Shown here one piece after another: positions 12,187 to 23,411 of a DNA stretch of 64,000 bases. Source of the stretch: an uncultured bacterium (GTDB taxonomy: Bacteria > Patescibacteriota > Gracilibacteria > Absconditabacterales > Absconditicoccaceae); NCBI GenBank assembly GCA_963531535.1, contig CAUSGX010000001.1, positions 39,962 through 103,961 on the forward strand, written 5' to 3'. Position numbers and translations under genes: made by a program. Below the pieces are notes generated by a model. The model was not told the origin of the DNA and ran no database searches. It was given only the letters and a program-made list of their open reading frames with translations. Position 1 is the first letter of the stretch; the number at the start of each line of letters is the position of its first letter.

Positions 12187-12534
12187 TTATGCACTTTGCT
12201 GAGCAACCTGTTCCACACGAGCAACCGCATCCTGCTTTGAAAGCGTCAAACGAATAATACTCTCTTCAAGTGCTTTTACATCATGAGGAATCCCCCCTTC
12301 CAAAGTAAGGATATCTCCCTTATGCAAATGATAAACCTGCTCGTCTACTCAAAACTCTGCTTCTCACGCGACAAGCTCAACCACAATCGGAAAGGCAGTT
12401 TGATGCCTCTTCATTTCCTGCCCCTTTGAAAGACAGATACGAATCTCCTTTGAGAACGGAGTATCCAAAAGAAGCTCAACCTGTGGCTTATCTGCAGCAT
12501 ATACCGCATTATGTACCAACGAATTAGTTTGCAT
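12187..12534 (-). CDS. cupin-domain protein
   Basis: ATG 12534 to TAA 12187-12189, 115 aa. Cupin-like pattern in KRHQTAFPIVVELVAGEAEFGVDEQVYHLHKGDILTLEGGIPHDV. Confidence 0.6.
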
Positions 12535-12676
12535 TACTTATAACTAGAAAAATAAAAATCAGATTTTTTTATATTTTTTTGCTTCTCAAAAACAAGAAAA
12601 AACTGATCTTTCCAATCAGCTTTTTCATCCTTTACACAACCTAAAGGCAAAATTATCAACACAAGACAATGAAAAA

Positions 12677-15178
12677 CTACTCTTTCACCTCTTGCATCTC
12701 ATAAAATTCAAGAATATCTCAGATATCAAGCCTCTTTCCCATTTTCACTTTCATTCCACAATCCTCTCCTGCATTCACTTCTTTCACCTCATCCTTATTT
12801 CTCTTGAGAGACAAGATCTCTCCATTTGTCAAAATATCCTCTCCTCTGTATACTCTAAACTTAAGCTTATTTTTCACCTTTCCTTCCTTAACCATTCCTC
12901 AAATCGTCATTTCTCTGGTCTCAGTATGGAAAACTCAAAGAATCTCAAGCTTTCCAACAACAACCTCTTCTTTTTCAACTTCAACCATACCAAGCAAAAG
13001 ATTAGTAAGATAATCAGTCAATTCATAGATGATATCAAAGGTCTTCATCTCGATCTTGAGAGATTCAGCCTTCTTTTTAAGAGCCGCATTCATTGAGATA
13101 TTAAATCAGAGCAAAATTGCTCTTGAAGCCTGAGCGAGCGAAAGATCACTTTCTCCAAAATATCCAACATCACTATGCACAACCTTGATAGTAACATGCT
13201 TTGGTAGAGAAATTCCATCAACAGCCTGTTTCAAGGCTTCCAAACTTGAAGAACCATCCGCCTTCAAAATCAGTCTTAATTCTGATATCTTTGACTGGTC
13301 TCCAGCCTTCAACTGAGCCAAGAACTGTTGCAAAGCTCCATCTCCCTTTGCCTTGGTCTCATTTTCCTTGATAAAGGCAATTCTCTGATTAGCCTCTTTT
13401 TCATTAGAAACAACCTCAACAATTCTTCCTGGTTCTGGCAACTCAGTAAATCCAAGAATCTGAACTGGTTCTCCTCCTGAAATCTTTGAAGCATTCTTTC
13501 AAATCCAGTTCTGCATTCTCCTAACCTTACCATAAGTGTTGTAAGCCACAATAATATCTCCATTTTTGAGCGTTCCAGTCAAAACAATCAAACTTGCAAC
13601 TACTCCTTGCTTTGGATCTTTATAAGCGTCCACAACAACTCAAACCGCCTGTCTCTCAGGATTATACTTTAGCTCTAGCATCTCAGCTTGCAAAAGTACA
13701 TACTCTAGCAAGACATCGATTCCCTGCCCAGTTTTTGAAGAAACCGCAACAAAAGGCGTCTCTCCTCCCCAATCCTCTGGAGTCAAACCATGCTTGGCAA
13801 CGTCAGCTTTAATCTGTTCCATATTATTACCAGGTTTATCAATCTTAGTCACCGCAATAATAATAGGCACTCAAGCAGCTTTGGCATGATTGATTGACTC
13901 AATCGTCTGAGGCATCACACTATCATCTGCTGCAATCACAATAATCGCGATGTTTGTAAGTTTCGCTCCTCTCGCTCTAAGCGAAGTAAAGAGCTCATGT
14001 CCTGGCGTATCAATAAAAGTAATCTTTTTATTATTATAATCAATCATCGAAGCTCCGATTGACTGAGTAATACCTCCAGCTTCTCAACCAGCAACACTCG
14101 TTTTTCTTAGATAGTCAAGTAATGAAGTTTTTCCATGGTCCACATGTCCCATTACAGTAACGATTGGAGCTCTCTCAACCTGATGTTCAGCCTCCTTATC
14201 GATATCCAAGATCTTTTGCAAATCTCACTCCATAAAACTCTGAGCATCCAAGGTTGCTTCTTTTTTCTTGAGCAAAACACCTAAATCTTCAGCAATCAAA
14301 GATGCAGTATCAAAATCCAAACTCGCATTCAAACTTGTCATAATACCGTTTGCAATGAGTTTTTTCATCACCTCAGGCAAAGGAACTCAGATCTTTTCTG
14401 AGAACTCTTTTACAGTAATATTTTCATCAATTGTCACCTCCGTTTTCTTTACAAGGTTTGCTGAAGTTGTAGCTTCCTTGTGTACCTTTGGTGCAACTGG
14501 CTTATTCTCAGGTTTCTTTTCGCCCCTTTTCTCAGGCTGTGAAGTATGATGTTTTTTAGCAACTGATTCAGAAAAATCAGATTTCTTTTCTGGTGCTTTC
14601 TCAGTCTGAAATCTAGCAAAATCAGCAGCAGTTGCCACAACCTTTTCCTTTGCTTTATAAGTTCCTTGTCCAATTAAGATATTTCCATGCTGCTTTTTTG
14701 CCGGAAATTCTTTCTTTTCTTTTGGTTGTTCAGGAGCTGAAGAAATCTTACGCGCCTCATATCTCTGCGTAGGTTGAGAAAAACTAATTCTTTCCTGAGA
14801 AACTTCCTCGCTAGAAACCACAGGGATCTGAATATTATGCAATGCAAGATCATCTTCATCTTGCTCAGGCTCTACTGTCTTTTCCTCCTGCTTTGAAAAT
14901 CCAAGTCCAGACAAGAATCCACCTCAAAATCCTAATTCATCAGATTTCAAAACTTTAGCCTCTTGAGCTGCTTTTTTAGCAGGCTGTTTCTCCTCCTTAG
15001 CAGTTTTCGCTCACTTAGACGGCAATTGATCCAAGACATACTTAATCTTTTCCAAATTTGCATCAGAAATAGTCGCAGCCTTTGCACTGAGCGGCTTATC
15101 CATCACCTTTTCATACACTTTGGCAAAAGTTGCTTTATCAATTTTAAGTTCTTCGATCACATCTACAATACGAGGCAT
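12677..15178 (-). CDS. infB: translation initiation factor IF-2
   Basis: ATG 15178 to TAG 12677-12679, 833 aa. G domain: [29 protein letters not shown]. The track fragments share one frame and are joined by about 10 TGA. Confidence 0.93.
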
Positions 15179-15341
15179 ATCCCTGCTCTATTTAATAATA
15201 AAAAAGCTGAAAAAACTGACTCTAGTGTAGTGAAATCAAGCTCATTTGCAAGGAAAAGTATCCAAGAAAAACAAAAAAAGTCCTCACAATGAGGACTTTC
15301 TTTCTCCTAGTTAATACAAGGACTTCTTCAGCTTTTTGAAA

Positions 15342-16289
15342 CTATTTTCTAAGTTGAATAGTGTCAGCTATCCAAGCTCCAATCAAGTAAGAGAATGATC
15401 TCCAATCAGTTGGAGCTGAATAATAATGAGGTCTATTTTCCTTAGTTGCAACTTTTTCGTCTGCCTCATATGCAAGGATAGCATTAATATTAGATTTTAC
15501 CTCATCTGAAGCTTTAATCCAGTTTTGATCTCCAGAAAGTTTTGGAGATTGTTTTTTCAAAGTATCAACCAAATTATCCCAAATCTGACTTACAGCCTTT
15601 ACCTTAGCGAGCTCATGACCAGTAAATGCATATTCTGATTGATAAGTGAAAACTTTAATTTCTTGTGTTCCACTTAGTTTTTCTCCATCTTCTTGTTGGA
15701 TAGTAATTCTATAGAAACCTGGTTCCTTTACTCTAAGTCCTGAAAGCTGATAGCTTGTTCCAGAGTACATAGGAACGATTCCTGTCAAATGATAATCCTT
15801 AGGATCAAGAGCCTTCCATGTCTTAGGTTCAACAAGATTATTACTCATCTCAAGACTTACCTTGAAGTTTCCAGAGAAACTATCAATAGAACCATAAGCA
15901 GTAGTTGTTCCAGAGAAAAGAGTTCCCTTCTTCATAATATTGAATGAAACAGGCAAATCCTTTCCTACATGATAAAGAGGTCTAAGAGAACCTACTGGTT
16001 GTGACATAAAAATCTTATGTCCACCAATAGCTACTCCATCATCTTCATTCTTTGGAGCCTTATCTCCAGTTAGTGGAGCTTTATCTCCAGTCAATGGAGC
16101 TTTATCCCCAGTCAATGGAGCTTTATCCCCAGTCAATGGAGCTTTATCCCCAGTCAATGGAGCAACAACACCTGTAGTGTTTGCACCTGTAGTGTTTGAA
16201 GCAACAGCTCCAGTTTGATTTTCTGCATATACTCCTCCAAGAGTCAAAAGACCTACAGAAAGAGCAGCAACAATTGACAATTTGTTCAT
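15342..16289 (-). CDS. secreted repeat protein (5 x APLTGDK)
   Basis: ATG 16289 (MNKLSIVAALSVGLLTLGGVYA signal peptide) to TAG 15342-15344, 315 aa. No TGA among about 29 Gly codons. No recognisable domain. Confidence 0.7.
   Translation of the reverse strand: MNKLSIVAALSVGLLTLGGVYAENQTGAVASNTTGANTTGVVAPLTGDKAPLTGDKAPLTGDKAPLTGDKAPLTGDKAPKNEDDGVAIGGHKIFMSQPVGSLRPLYHVGKDLPVSFNIMKKGTLFSGTTTAYGSIDSFSGNFKVSLEMSNNLVEPKTWKALDPKDYHLTGIVPMYSGTSYQLSGLRVKEPGFYRITIQQEDGEKLSGTQEIKVFTYQSEYAFTGHELAKVKAVSQIWDNLVDTLKKQSPKLSGDQNWIKASDEVKSNINAILAYEADEKVATKENRPHYYSAPTDWRSFSYLIGAWIADTIQLRK
16059..16163 (-). repeat. 5 x 21-bp perfect/near-perfect tandem repeat (encodes APLTGDK)
   Basis: Units at 16059, 16080, 16101, 16122 and 16143. 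The last three are identical. Confidence 0.9.
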
Positions 16290-16515
16290 TTCTATCTCTA
16301 AAAGTAAAAATAAAAGACAAAAGCAGAGAATAAAGAATTCCTCCAAAATGTCAAGAGAAATTCTCCAACCATTCTCTAATGCATTTCTAAATCACTAAAA
16401 TCCAAATCATCAACTAAAAAAATCTGAATTTAAGACGATAATCATCAGCCAAAACCTTGCTTTTCAAAAGAAAAATCATAATATAAACCAAACTTTTAAT
16501 CATAGAAAACATTCA

Positions 16516-17649
16516 ATGTGAAAACTCGACTTCAAAATACTGAAACAAAAAGGGAATGCCAGAACCTGAGAAATAACACTCAACGGTATCAAGGTTAAAA
16601 CCCCAATTTTTATGCCCGTTGGAACTAAAGCTACGATCAAAAGTATGATCCTTGATCTCCTCCAAGACAAAAAATACATCTGAGATAAAATAGAGCCTAT
16701 CAACCTTATTCTCGCAAACACCTTCCATCTCTACCTGAGACCTGGAAGCAAAATCGTTCAGCAAGCATGAGGACTTCATACTTTTGAAAATCGAAAAAAC
16801 TGACTCATTTTGACTGATAGTGGAGGATTTCAGGTTTTTTCTCTTTGATTAGCAAACCAAAAATTTAACGATAAAAAACATACGCATAAAGTCGGAATAA
16901 AGCTCACAGAAGAGGGTGTAAAATTCCGCTCTCCATATGATGGAAGCAAACATATATTTACTCCAGAAAATGTTGTAGATACGCAATGTGAACTCGGTTC
17001 AGATATCATGATGGTACTAGATGTCTGCTCTCCAGCCTGAGCCGACAAAAAAACCATTCAAAAACATATCGCTATGACACATCGCTGGGCAAAAAGAGCC
17101 TTTGACCACTTCCAACCAAAATATGAAAGCTCAAGAGGAGTACTTTTTCCGATCGTGCAGTGAGGGAGCTACCTTGACTTGAGAACTGAATCCGCACAAT
17201 ACCTAAGCCAATTTGCTCGAGACGGAATCGCCATCTGAGGAGTAAGTGTCTGAGAAAGTAGAGAACTCATCGAACAAGTTGTGGCTCACACAACCCCGCT
17301 CCTCCCAAATGATAAACCAAGATACCTTATGTGAGTTGGAACTCCTGAAGATTTAAGATTCGCTATTGAACATGGAGTAGATATGTTTGACTGCGTAGCG
17401 GCAACAAGACTCTGAAGACACGGAATAGCTTTTTCAGACCAAGGGAACATAAAAATCACAAATTCTGAATTTAGAACAGACTTTTCTCCTTTAACCGAAG
17501 GATGTAACTGCTATACCTGCAAAAACTTTTCAAAAGCTTATCTCTGCCATCTCATCAGAGAACAAGAAACTCTATGAGGAACGCTTATCTGACTCCATAA
17601 CATCGTCTATCTAAACAGGATTTTAGAAGATTGGAAAAAGGATTTCTAA
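16516..17649 (+). CDS. tgt: queuine tRNA-ribosyltransferase
   Basis: ATG 16516 to TAA 17647-17649, 377 aa, about 14 TGA. Motifs: [36 protein letters not shown] (Gly = TGA), Zn site CNCYTC...H. Confidence 0.93.
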
Positions 17650-17700
17650 AACGGGATCTTATGAAATTCTACTATCTTTTTTAAAACCTTAGTTTATCTA

Positions 17701-17728
17701 TTGACTTTCTATACAAAAAGGTTATCAT
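17701..17728 (+). promoter_or_regulatory. sigma70-like promoter
   Basis: TTGACT 17701-17706, 16-nt spacer, TATCAT 17723-17728, upstream of ATG 17755. Confidence 0.45.
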
Positions 17729-17754
17729 CTCATAACAAATAAAAAAATACCGTC

Positions 17755-18309
17755 ATGAATACAAAAACACCCCAAGAAATCTTCAGAGAAAAGTATGAAG
17801 ATATCATCACACCTTTAACTGAGTTAAAAATCAGGAGTACAAACACAGCGACCGCCACCATCGTTTTTGCCATATCCTTTACAATTGGGATACTAAGCAC
17901 TGGCAATAAGAGAGTTGGCTGCCTAACTATCGCAGTATTTGTGGTCGCATGTACTATCTTAGAAGTTAGGAATTTTTTCAAAAACTTTCGCTATCTCAGA
18001 GAAAATGAAAAAAGGTTCCTAGAAATGAAGTCAAACCTCTATCATATCGCTGATACCAAAGATTTCGAAGAAATCAAGGAACTCACCAATTTCTATGATA
18101 GACTACAATGAACTCCAAAAAAAACTAAAAAAGCTCTCTATACTAGGGAGCTTTTTCCTAATTTTCACCTAAACAAAAAGGAAGAAATCTGATTTCTTCC
18201 TCCTTTATCATATACAACAAGAAAACTATCTCTTATACACCTCAATAGTCCAATTTCCTGCAGGGAGTTTGTTCGCTCTAATCCATGGATTCAAATTTCT
18301 TACTTCTAG
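17755..18309 (+). CDS. small membrane protein, 3' end uncertain
   Basis: ATG 17755 with two predicted TM helices. The first TGA (18109-18111) lies 21 nt before terminator hairpin 18132-18156. The formal table-25 end is TAG 18307-18309, which would overlap the convergent gene by 83 nt. Confidence 0.45.
18180..18200. terminator. perfect palindrome / bidirectional terminator
   Basis: GGAAGAAATC-T-GATTTCTTCC. Confidence 0.5.
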
Positions 18310-19125
18310 ATAGGTATATCCATTAGCTACAGCCCACGCTGCAAGATTATCAGTCTTCCCAAGAGTAATCTTCTGAGTTTCAGGAAGCTGATACTGACTT
18401 CCCCACTTAGAAATATCAAAATACTGATCTAAATTCTCAAAAATCTCCTTCATCGCAAGAATCCTAAAGACATACCTATAGGTTTCATTATTCAAATACA
18501 GATCATAATAGTTATTTTGATATTGATACGCCATATCACTAGAGATACCATTAGAACCTCTATTATAAGCAGCCATAGCTAACCCCCAATTTCAAAATTT
18601 CTCGTAAGATTTCTTAAGATATTCAATAGCTACATTTGTTGATTTCTCCAGATGGAATCTCTCATCAATAAGATCATCAACTCTCAATCCATACCCCTTA
18701 GCTGTTGAAGGGATAAACTGCCAAATACCAGCCGCATTTGCAGAACTCACAGCAGTCTCTCTTAATGCAGACTCTGCCAATGCCAAATAATACAAATCCT
18801 TTGGCAGTCCAGCCGCCTCCAACTTTTTATCAATAAAAGGCTTAAAAAGCGGAGCTCTTTTCCAGATAATCTTCATCTGAGCTTCATTCATCTGATTAAC
18901 CGCAACCTCTCTATCAAATCTCTCAATATTAAACTGATGCGTCTTGTCAAATGGAACCTTCTCTCCAGCAAGTGTTTTTTCTAGCTGAGGACTAGCAAAA
19001 AACCACCCAAATGCATTCCCTGCCAAAAGTCAAATTCAAAGTACTCAAAAGCTAAAAATAAACACAAGGAAAAAAGATTTTAAAGTCAGATTTTTCTTCA
19101 AATTTTGAAATCAGATCTTTGCCAT
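18226..19125 (-). CDS. membrane-anchored lytic transglycosylase (SLT domain, MltD-like)
   Basis: ATG 19125 to TAG 18226-18228, 299 aa. N-terminal TM, SLT catalytic motif LALAESALRETAVSSANAAGIWQF, AYNRG. Several TGA. Confidence 0.8.
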
Positions 19126-19256
19126 ACTACTTCAAAACGATATAAAAATTATCTTCTAGAGTATAGATATTCCTTTTTATTTTACAAGAATTTTTTTTAA
19201 TCAAAAAATCGCCCCTTTTCAAGAGCGATTTCTATAATTAAGATTCCAATCACTAA

Positions 19257-19685
19257 TTATGGAGCAGGCGTATCCGAAGGCATAGCTCATACCTGTCAAA
19301 GCACTCGGAATATCATACTAACAATCAGCCATGAAACTGCGATAAATCAGAGTCAAAGAGCAGACTGCTTAAGAATAGTCATTCCAGCTCCAAACTTTTT
19401 ATCATCTCAGTTGGCAGTCACCATCTGGAAGCCTCACCAAAGAAGTAATATAAATACGATCAAACTCAATATTCAAAGTACCCAGTTGATAGCATTTTTG
19501 ATAACAGTCTCTAATTGATTTTTTTGTTCAGTTCCACTTTTTGTTCCAGCAATTCCGTTAATTCCTACAGCATTCGTAGGATTAACTCAAAACTTATACT
19601 CATCAGCTGCGGATACGGATACTAATCAAAAACCTCCAGCCAAGATTCATAGCCCCATCATAAAAGCTGCAATTTTTTGCTTCAT
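19257..19685 (-). CDS. VirB2/TrbC-like (CPR T4SS-type) pilin paralog 1
   Basis: ATG 19685 to TAA 19257-19259, 142 aa. Signal peptide, then LSLIVFILLLLW-G-GFQMVTANGDDKKFGAG...FIAVSWLIVSMIF (two-TM hairpin core). Confidence 0.6.
19302..19466 (-). repeat. 165-bp near-identical tract shared by pilin paralogs 1 and 2
   Basis: Matches 19752-19916 with 1 mismatch. The flanking gene parts are strongly diverged. Confidence 0.85.
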
Positions 19686-19724
19686 TTCCTCTTTACTATA
19701 AAAATAAAATTCTAATTTCAAATA

Positions 19725-20147
19725 TTACCTTCACTTTGCGACCTCTGACAACACTCGGAATATCATACTAACAATCAGCCATGAAACTGCGATAAATCAG
19801 AGTCAAAGAGCAGACTGCTTAAGAATAGTCATTCCAGCTCCAAACTTTTTATCATCTCAGTTGGCAGTCACCATCTGGAACCCTCACCAAAGAAGTAATA
19901 TAAATACGATCAAACTAAGCATCCCAAGAATCCAATTAATAGTCTTCTTAATTACATTTACCAACTGATCTCCTTGCGCTTGCGTCTTATCCGTACCAGC
20001 GATTCCCACAATCCCACTTCCATTTGATGGATGGATACCAAAACCCATATTAGCTTTATCTCACGAAGCCGCCTCTACGACAAGGCCAGCATTACCAAAC
20101 AATAGAACTCAAGCTCCCATTATCAACGCTATAATCTTCTGTTTCAT
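19725..20147 (-). CDS. VirB2/TrbC-like pilin paralog 2
   Basis: ATG 20147 to TAA 19725-19727, 140 aa. Same architecture as paralog 1. Confidence 0.6.
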
Positions 20148-20185
20148 CTCCTATTTAGCATAAAAAATAAAGATCTGTATTCATA

Positions 20186-20605
20186 CTAACTTGTAACTCC
20201 AGAAATCACCCAGAAGATCATACTAACAATCAACCAAGAAGCAGCAATAAAAGCTAGTCCAATACCTGCCTGCTTGAGAATAGTTTGCCCTGCAGCGAAC
20301 TTTTTGTCATCTCCAGCAGCAGTCACCATCTGGAATCCTCACCAAAGAAGCAATACAAATACAATCAAACTGAGCATTCCAAGAATCCAGTTAAGCGTCT
20401 TTTTAATTACATCAACAAGACTACCTCCTGCATCTTGACCAGCTCCAGCAATTCCACCGATATTGCTAGTATTACTATTGTTAATATTAAAACCAGCAGT
20501 AACATTTGGTTTACCACCACCTTGTGCTTGTTGAGCAGATACAAATCCTAAGCTTCCTACTAGGAGCGCAAGTCCCATCATAAAAGCTGCAATTTTTTGT
20601 TTCAT
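20186..20605 (-). CDS. VirB2/TrbC-like pilin paralog 3
   Basis: ATG 20605 to TAG 20186-20188, 139 aa. Core: LSLIVFVLLLW-G-GFQMVTAAGDDKKFAAG...AASWLIVSMIFWV. Confidence 0.6.
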
Positions 20606-20760
20606 TTTCTGTTTACTATAAAGAATAAAAGCAGATTAACACATTAAGTATATTCAGAAAATCAAATAAAGCAAATTTTTTCATCTTTTTTTCTTTTCAA
20701 TTGCAAAGAACAACCAAATCTCTACAATAATCATCAGATTTATCTTTCTTTTTTCATAAA

Positions 20761-22344
20761 ATGCAAAAAATCCTGAAAGGGATCTCTATCTATAAAATCT
20801 GATACGGAGGAATCTGAATCTGATCACTCCCAGATGGGAAAAAAGTTCTCGTAAAAGGGGGCGCTTTACCAGGAAGTATTGTAGATATCCGTGTAATCAA
20901 ATCAAAAAAAGATTATATCGAAGGCCATCTACTCGCTATCAAAAAATATGATACTTCATTACTCAATGGGAAGCCAATTTGTACGCATTTTTTTTCTCCA
21001 TTTCAGGAAAATACAGTAGAACAAGCAGCTCATAAGATCTGATGTTGAGGATGTAAATGGCAAGTCATGAACTACGAAGCTCAACTAAAGCTCAAAGAAA
21101 GTATCGTTGAAGACGCTTTCTCAAAACTTTCAAAAAAACAAGAAATCTGATTTTTGCCGATTATCTGATCACCACTCCAAGAAGGGTATAGAAACAAAAT
21201 TGAGTTCAGCTTTGGAGTCTATAAACAATTAAATGAAGAGTTTAGAAAAGCAAAAAAATCTGGTCAAAGCGAAGAAGACCTCATCAAAACTGGATATACA
21301 AAATATGAAATTAACTCTGAATTTAACCTTGGTTTTCATAAGCAAGGTGAATTCAGCAAAATCGTGGATGTTGATCACTGCGGATTGATTAGCACAAAGG
21401 CGAATCAGATTTTTGAACATATGAAAAGCCTCTGCCTATGATCAAACCTACCAGTCTACGATCAGAAAAATCACCAAGGATTCTTTCGTCATCTCGTAAT
21501 CAGAGAGGGAATAAATACAGGTCAACTCCTAGTAAATCTATCAGTTTCTGACGAAAACCTTAAGGATCAAGAGCAATCTCATCACCGAGAGCACTTCCTC
21601 GAAACTATAAAAAACGATCCCCTTCTCAAACAGCAGGTTACCACGATGGTCATCAGCTATAATAACGGACTGGCAGACATTGTAAACGCACCAGGAGTTG
21701 AAATGAAAACATTCCGAGGAGACGGATATATTTATGAAAAACTTGATTTTACAGAGCTCCAACATACCCAAGAAGAATGCCTTGTAAACTTCAGAGTTTC
21801 ACCTTCTTCCTTTTTCCAAACAAACACTCTCGGAGCTCAAAAACTCTTCTCAACTGCGATAAAAATGACTGGACACATTGAGGGGAATATCCTAGACCTC
21901 TACTGCGGTGCAGGAAGTATCGGACTCTCTCTACTAAAACAAGGACTTTGAGAAGAACTTGTCTGAGTAGAAATCGTAGAAAAAGCAATCATTGATGCGA
22001 GATACAACGCAAAAATCAATGGAGTTGAGGACAAATGCTATTTCGTCGCATCACCAGCTGAAAAAATGCTGATTAACTTCCCAGAACTAAAAGAAAAAAT
22101 TCAGAATATCTGACTCGTTGTCATCGATCCACCTCGTGAATGACTTCATCCGAATGTTATCAAATACCTTTCTGATCTCAAAAAAGAATATGATTTCAAA
22201 CTCCTCTACATCTCATGCAATCCAATCACAATGGCTAGAGATATAGAGCTCCTAGTTGAAGAAGACTTTAAGTTTCAGAAGATTCAAGCCGTTGATATGT
22301 TTCCGCACACTCATCACATTGAATGTATTTCAGTGCTGAGTTAA
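20761..22344 (+). CDS. 23S rRNA (uracil-5-)-methyltransferase, RumA/RlmD family
   Basis: ATG 20761 to TAA 22342-22344, 527 aa. TRAM-like N-terminus, Cys cluster (C...CGGCKWQ), SAM motif ILDLYCGAGSIGL, PPREGL, ISCNP. Many TGA. Confidence 0.88.
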
Positions 22345-22362
22345 GAATAATATACGGTAGAA

Positions 22363-22393
22363 AAAGAGATGTCTTGAACGACATCTCTTTTTG
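22363..22393 (+). terminator. intrinsic terminator
   Basis: AAAGAGATGTC / GACATCTCTTT perfect stem with a 6-nt loop and a T-run. Confidence 0.7.
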
Positions 22394-22554
22394 TTTATGT
22401 CTGCACTATAGAGTATCTCTCATTAGAGATGGTTAGTAACAGCAATAAAAATATTTTCACAGAAACACTTCCCATGAACCAAAATGAAAAATTAAAAAAA
22501 ATCTGATCTTATCAAATTCCCCAACAACCTTTATCTGCAATACTCATAGCAACA

Positions 22555-22591
22555 AACAAAAAAAGGTCCGTTGCTTGAGACACAACGAACC
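22555..22591 (-). terminator. intrinsic terminator of tRNA array
   Basis: On the minus strand, GGTTCGTTG..CAACGGACC is followed by a T-run. Confidence 0.55.
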
Positions 22592-22622
22592 TATATATAT
22601 TATTATATAGTTTATTTACTTG

Positions 22623-22699
22623 TGGTGGGCATAGCTGGACTTGAACCAGCGACCAAAAGATTATGAGTCTTCTGCTCTAACCAACTGAGCTATATGCCC
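22623..22699 (-). tRNA. tRNA-Ile2/Met (anticodon CAT); resembles lysidine-type tRNA-Ile
   Basis: GGGCATATAGCTCAGTTGGTTAGAGCAGAAGACTCATAATCTTTTGGTCGCTGGTTCAAGTCCAGCTATGCCCACCA. Clover-leaf fold, CCA encoded. The T-arm is identical to my recollection of E. coli ileX. Confidence 0.85.
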
Positions 22700-22731
22700 A
22701 TACTAGTACCCAGAGTTATTAACATAATTAA

Positions 22732-22808
22732 TGGTGGGTGATATAGGACTCGAACCTATGACCCCCTGCTTGTAAGGCAGATGCTCTAGCCAACTGAGCT
22801 AATCACCC
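22732..22808 (-). tRNA. tRNA-Val (TAC)
   Basis: GGGTGATTAGCTCAG...CTTACAA anticodon loop...GGTTCGAGTCC...CACCCACCA. CCA encoded. Confidence 0.9.
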
Positions 22809-22815
22809 ATTAAAA

Positions 22816-22892
22816 TGGCGGTCTTACGGGGAATCGAACCCCGATTAGAAGATTGAAAGTCTCCTGTCCTAGCCGTTAGACGATAAGACCAC
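22816..22892 (-). tRNA. tRNA-Glu (TTC)
   Basis: GTGGTCTTATCGTCTAACGG...CTTTCAA loop...GGTTCGATTCC...GACCGCCA. Confidence 0.9.
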
Positions 22893-22903
22893 AAAGTTAG
22901 AAG

Positions 22904-22980
22904 TGGCGGGATGGAAGGGACTCGAACCCTCGACCTCCTGCGTGACAGGCAGGCGTTCTAGCCGGCTGAACTACCACCCC
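22904..22980 (-). tRNA. tRNA-Asp (GTC)
   Basis: GGGGTGGTAGTTCAGCCGG...CCTGC-CTGTCAC-GCAGG...GGTTCGAGTCC...CCCGCCA. Confidence 0.9.
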
Positions 22981-23012
22981 AACTATAACTATCATCTAAC
23001 TTAAAGTACAAA

Positions 23013-23088
23013 TGGAGCCAGCTGTCGGAATTGAACCGACAACCTACCGCTTACAAGGCGGTTGCTCTACCTATTGAGCTAAGCTGGC
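23013..23088 (-). tRNA. tRNA-Thr (TGT)
   Basis: GCCAGCTTAGCTCAATAGG...ACCGC-CTTGTAA-GCGGT...GGTTCAATTCC...GGCTCCA. Confidence 0.9.
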
Positions 23089-23115
23089 ATAAAGTCCAAT
23101 ACTGGACTTAGATCT

Positions 23116-23379
23116 CTATTTCTTCAAAGTATCAAATGCTTTTGAAATTCTAGACTTTTTTCTTGAGGCATTTCTCTTCTTGATAACACCAACCTTTGCA
23201 GCCTTATCAATAGCCTTGTAAACATTTGCTAGATCCTCAACAGTCAAAGCCTCTTTAGCTTCAACTCCCTTAAGGAATTTTTTCATAGCCATCTTCATTC
23301 TAAGTTTGAAATCATAGTTTCTCTTAGCAAGAGTTTGAGATCTATTCATAGCTTTGATTGCTGACTTCTTAATTGGCAT
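23116..23379 (-). CDS. rpsT: 30S ribosomal protein S20
   Basis: ATG 23379 to TAG 23116-23118, 87 aa. MPIKKSAIKAMNRSQTLAKRNYDFK... is a typical bS20 N-terminus. The gene is embedded between the two tRNA arrays. Confidence 0.9.
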   Translation of the reverse strand: MPIKKSAIKAMNRSQTLAKRNYDFKLRMKMAMKKFLKGVEAKEALTVEDLANVYKAIDKAAKVGVIKKRNASRKKSRISKAFDTLKK

Positions 23380-23411
23380 TGAAAAAATTATCAAATATAA
23401 AGAGTATCAAC

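Noticed and set aside
16059-16163. Regular 21-bp repeats as a possible CRISPR array.
   Set aside because: The units are directly abutting with no spacers. They are in frame and inside a CDS, where they encode APLTGDK. No cas genes are present.
15342-16289. ORFs with no TGA (15342-16289 with about 29 Gly, plus 30817-31437, 33370-34140 and 47395-48132) as horizontally acquired standard-code genes.
   Set aside because: TGA usage among unambiguous native genes varies widely, with only 2 in the 711-codon pnp versus about 14 in tgt. Absence of TGA is therefore compatible with expression-level codon bias. Composition and promoters look native.
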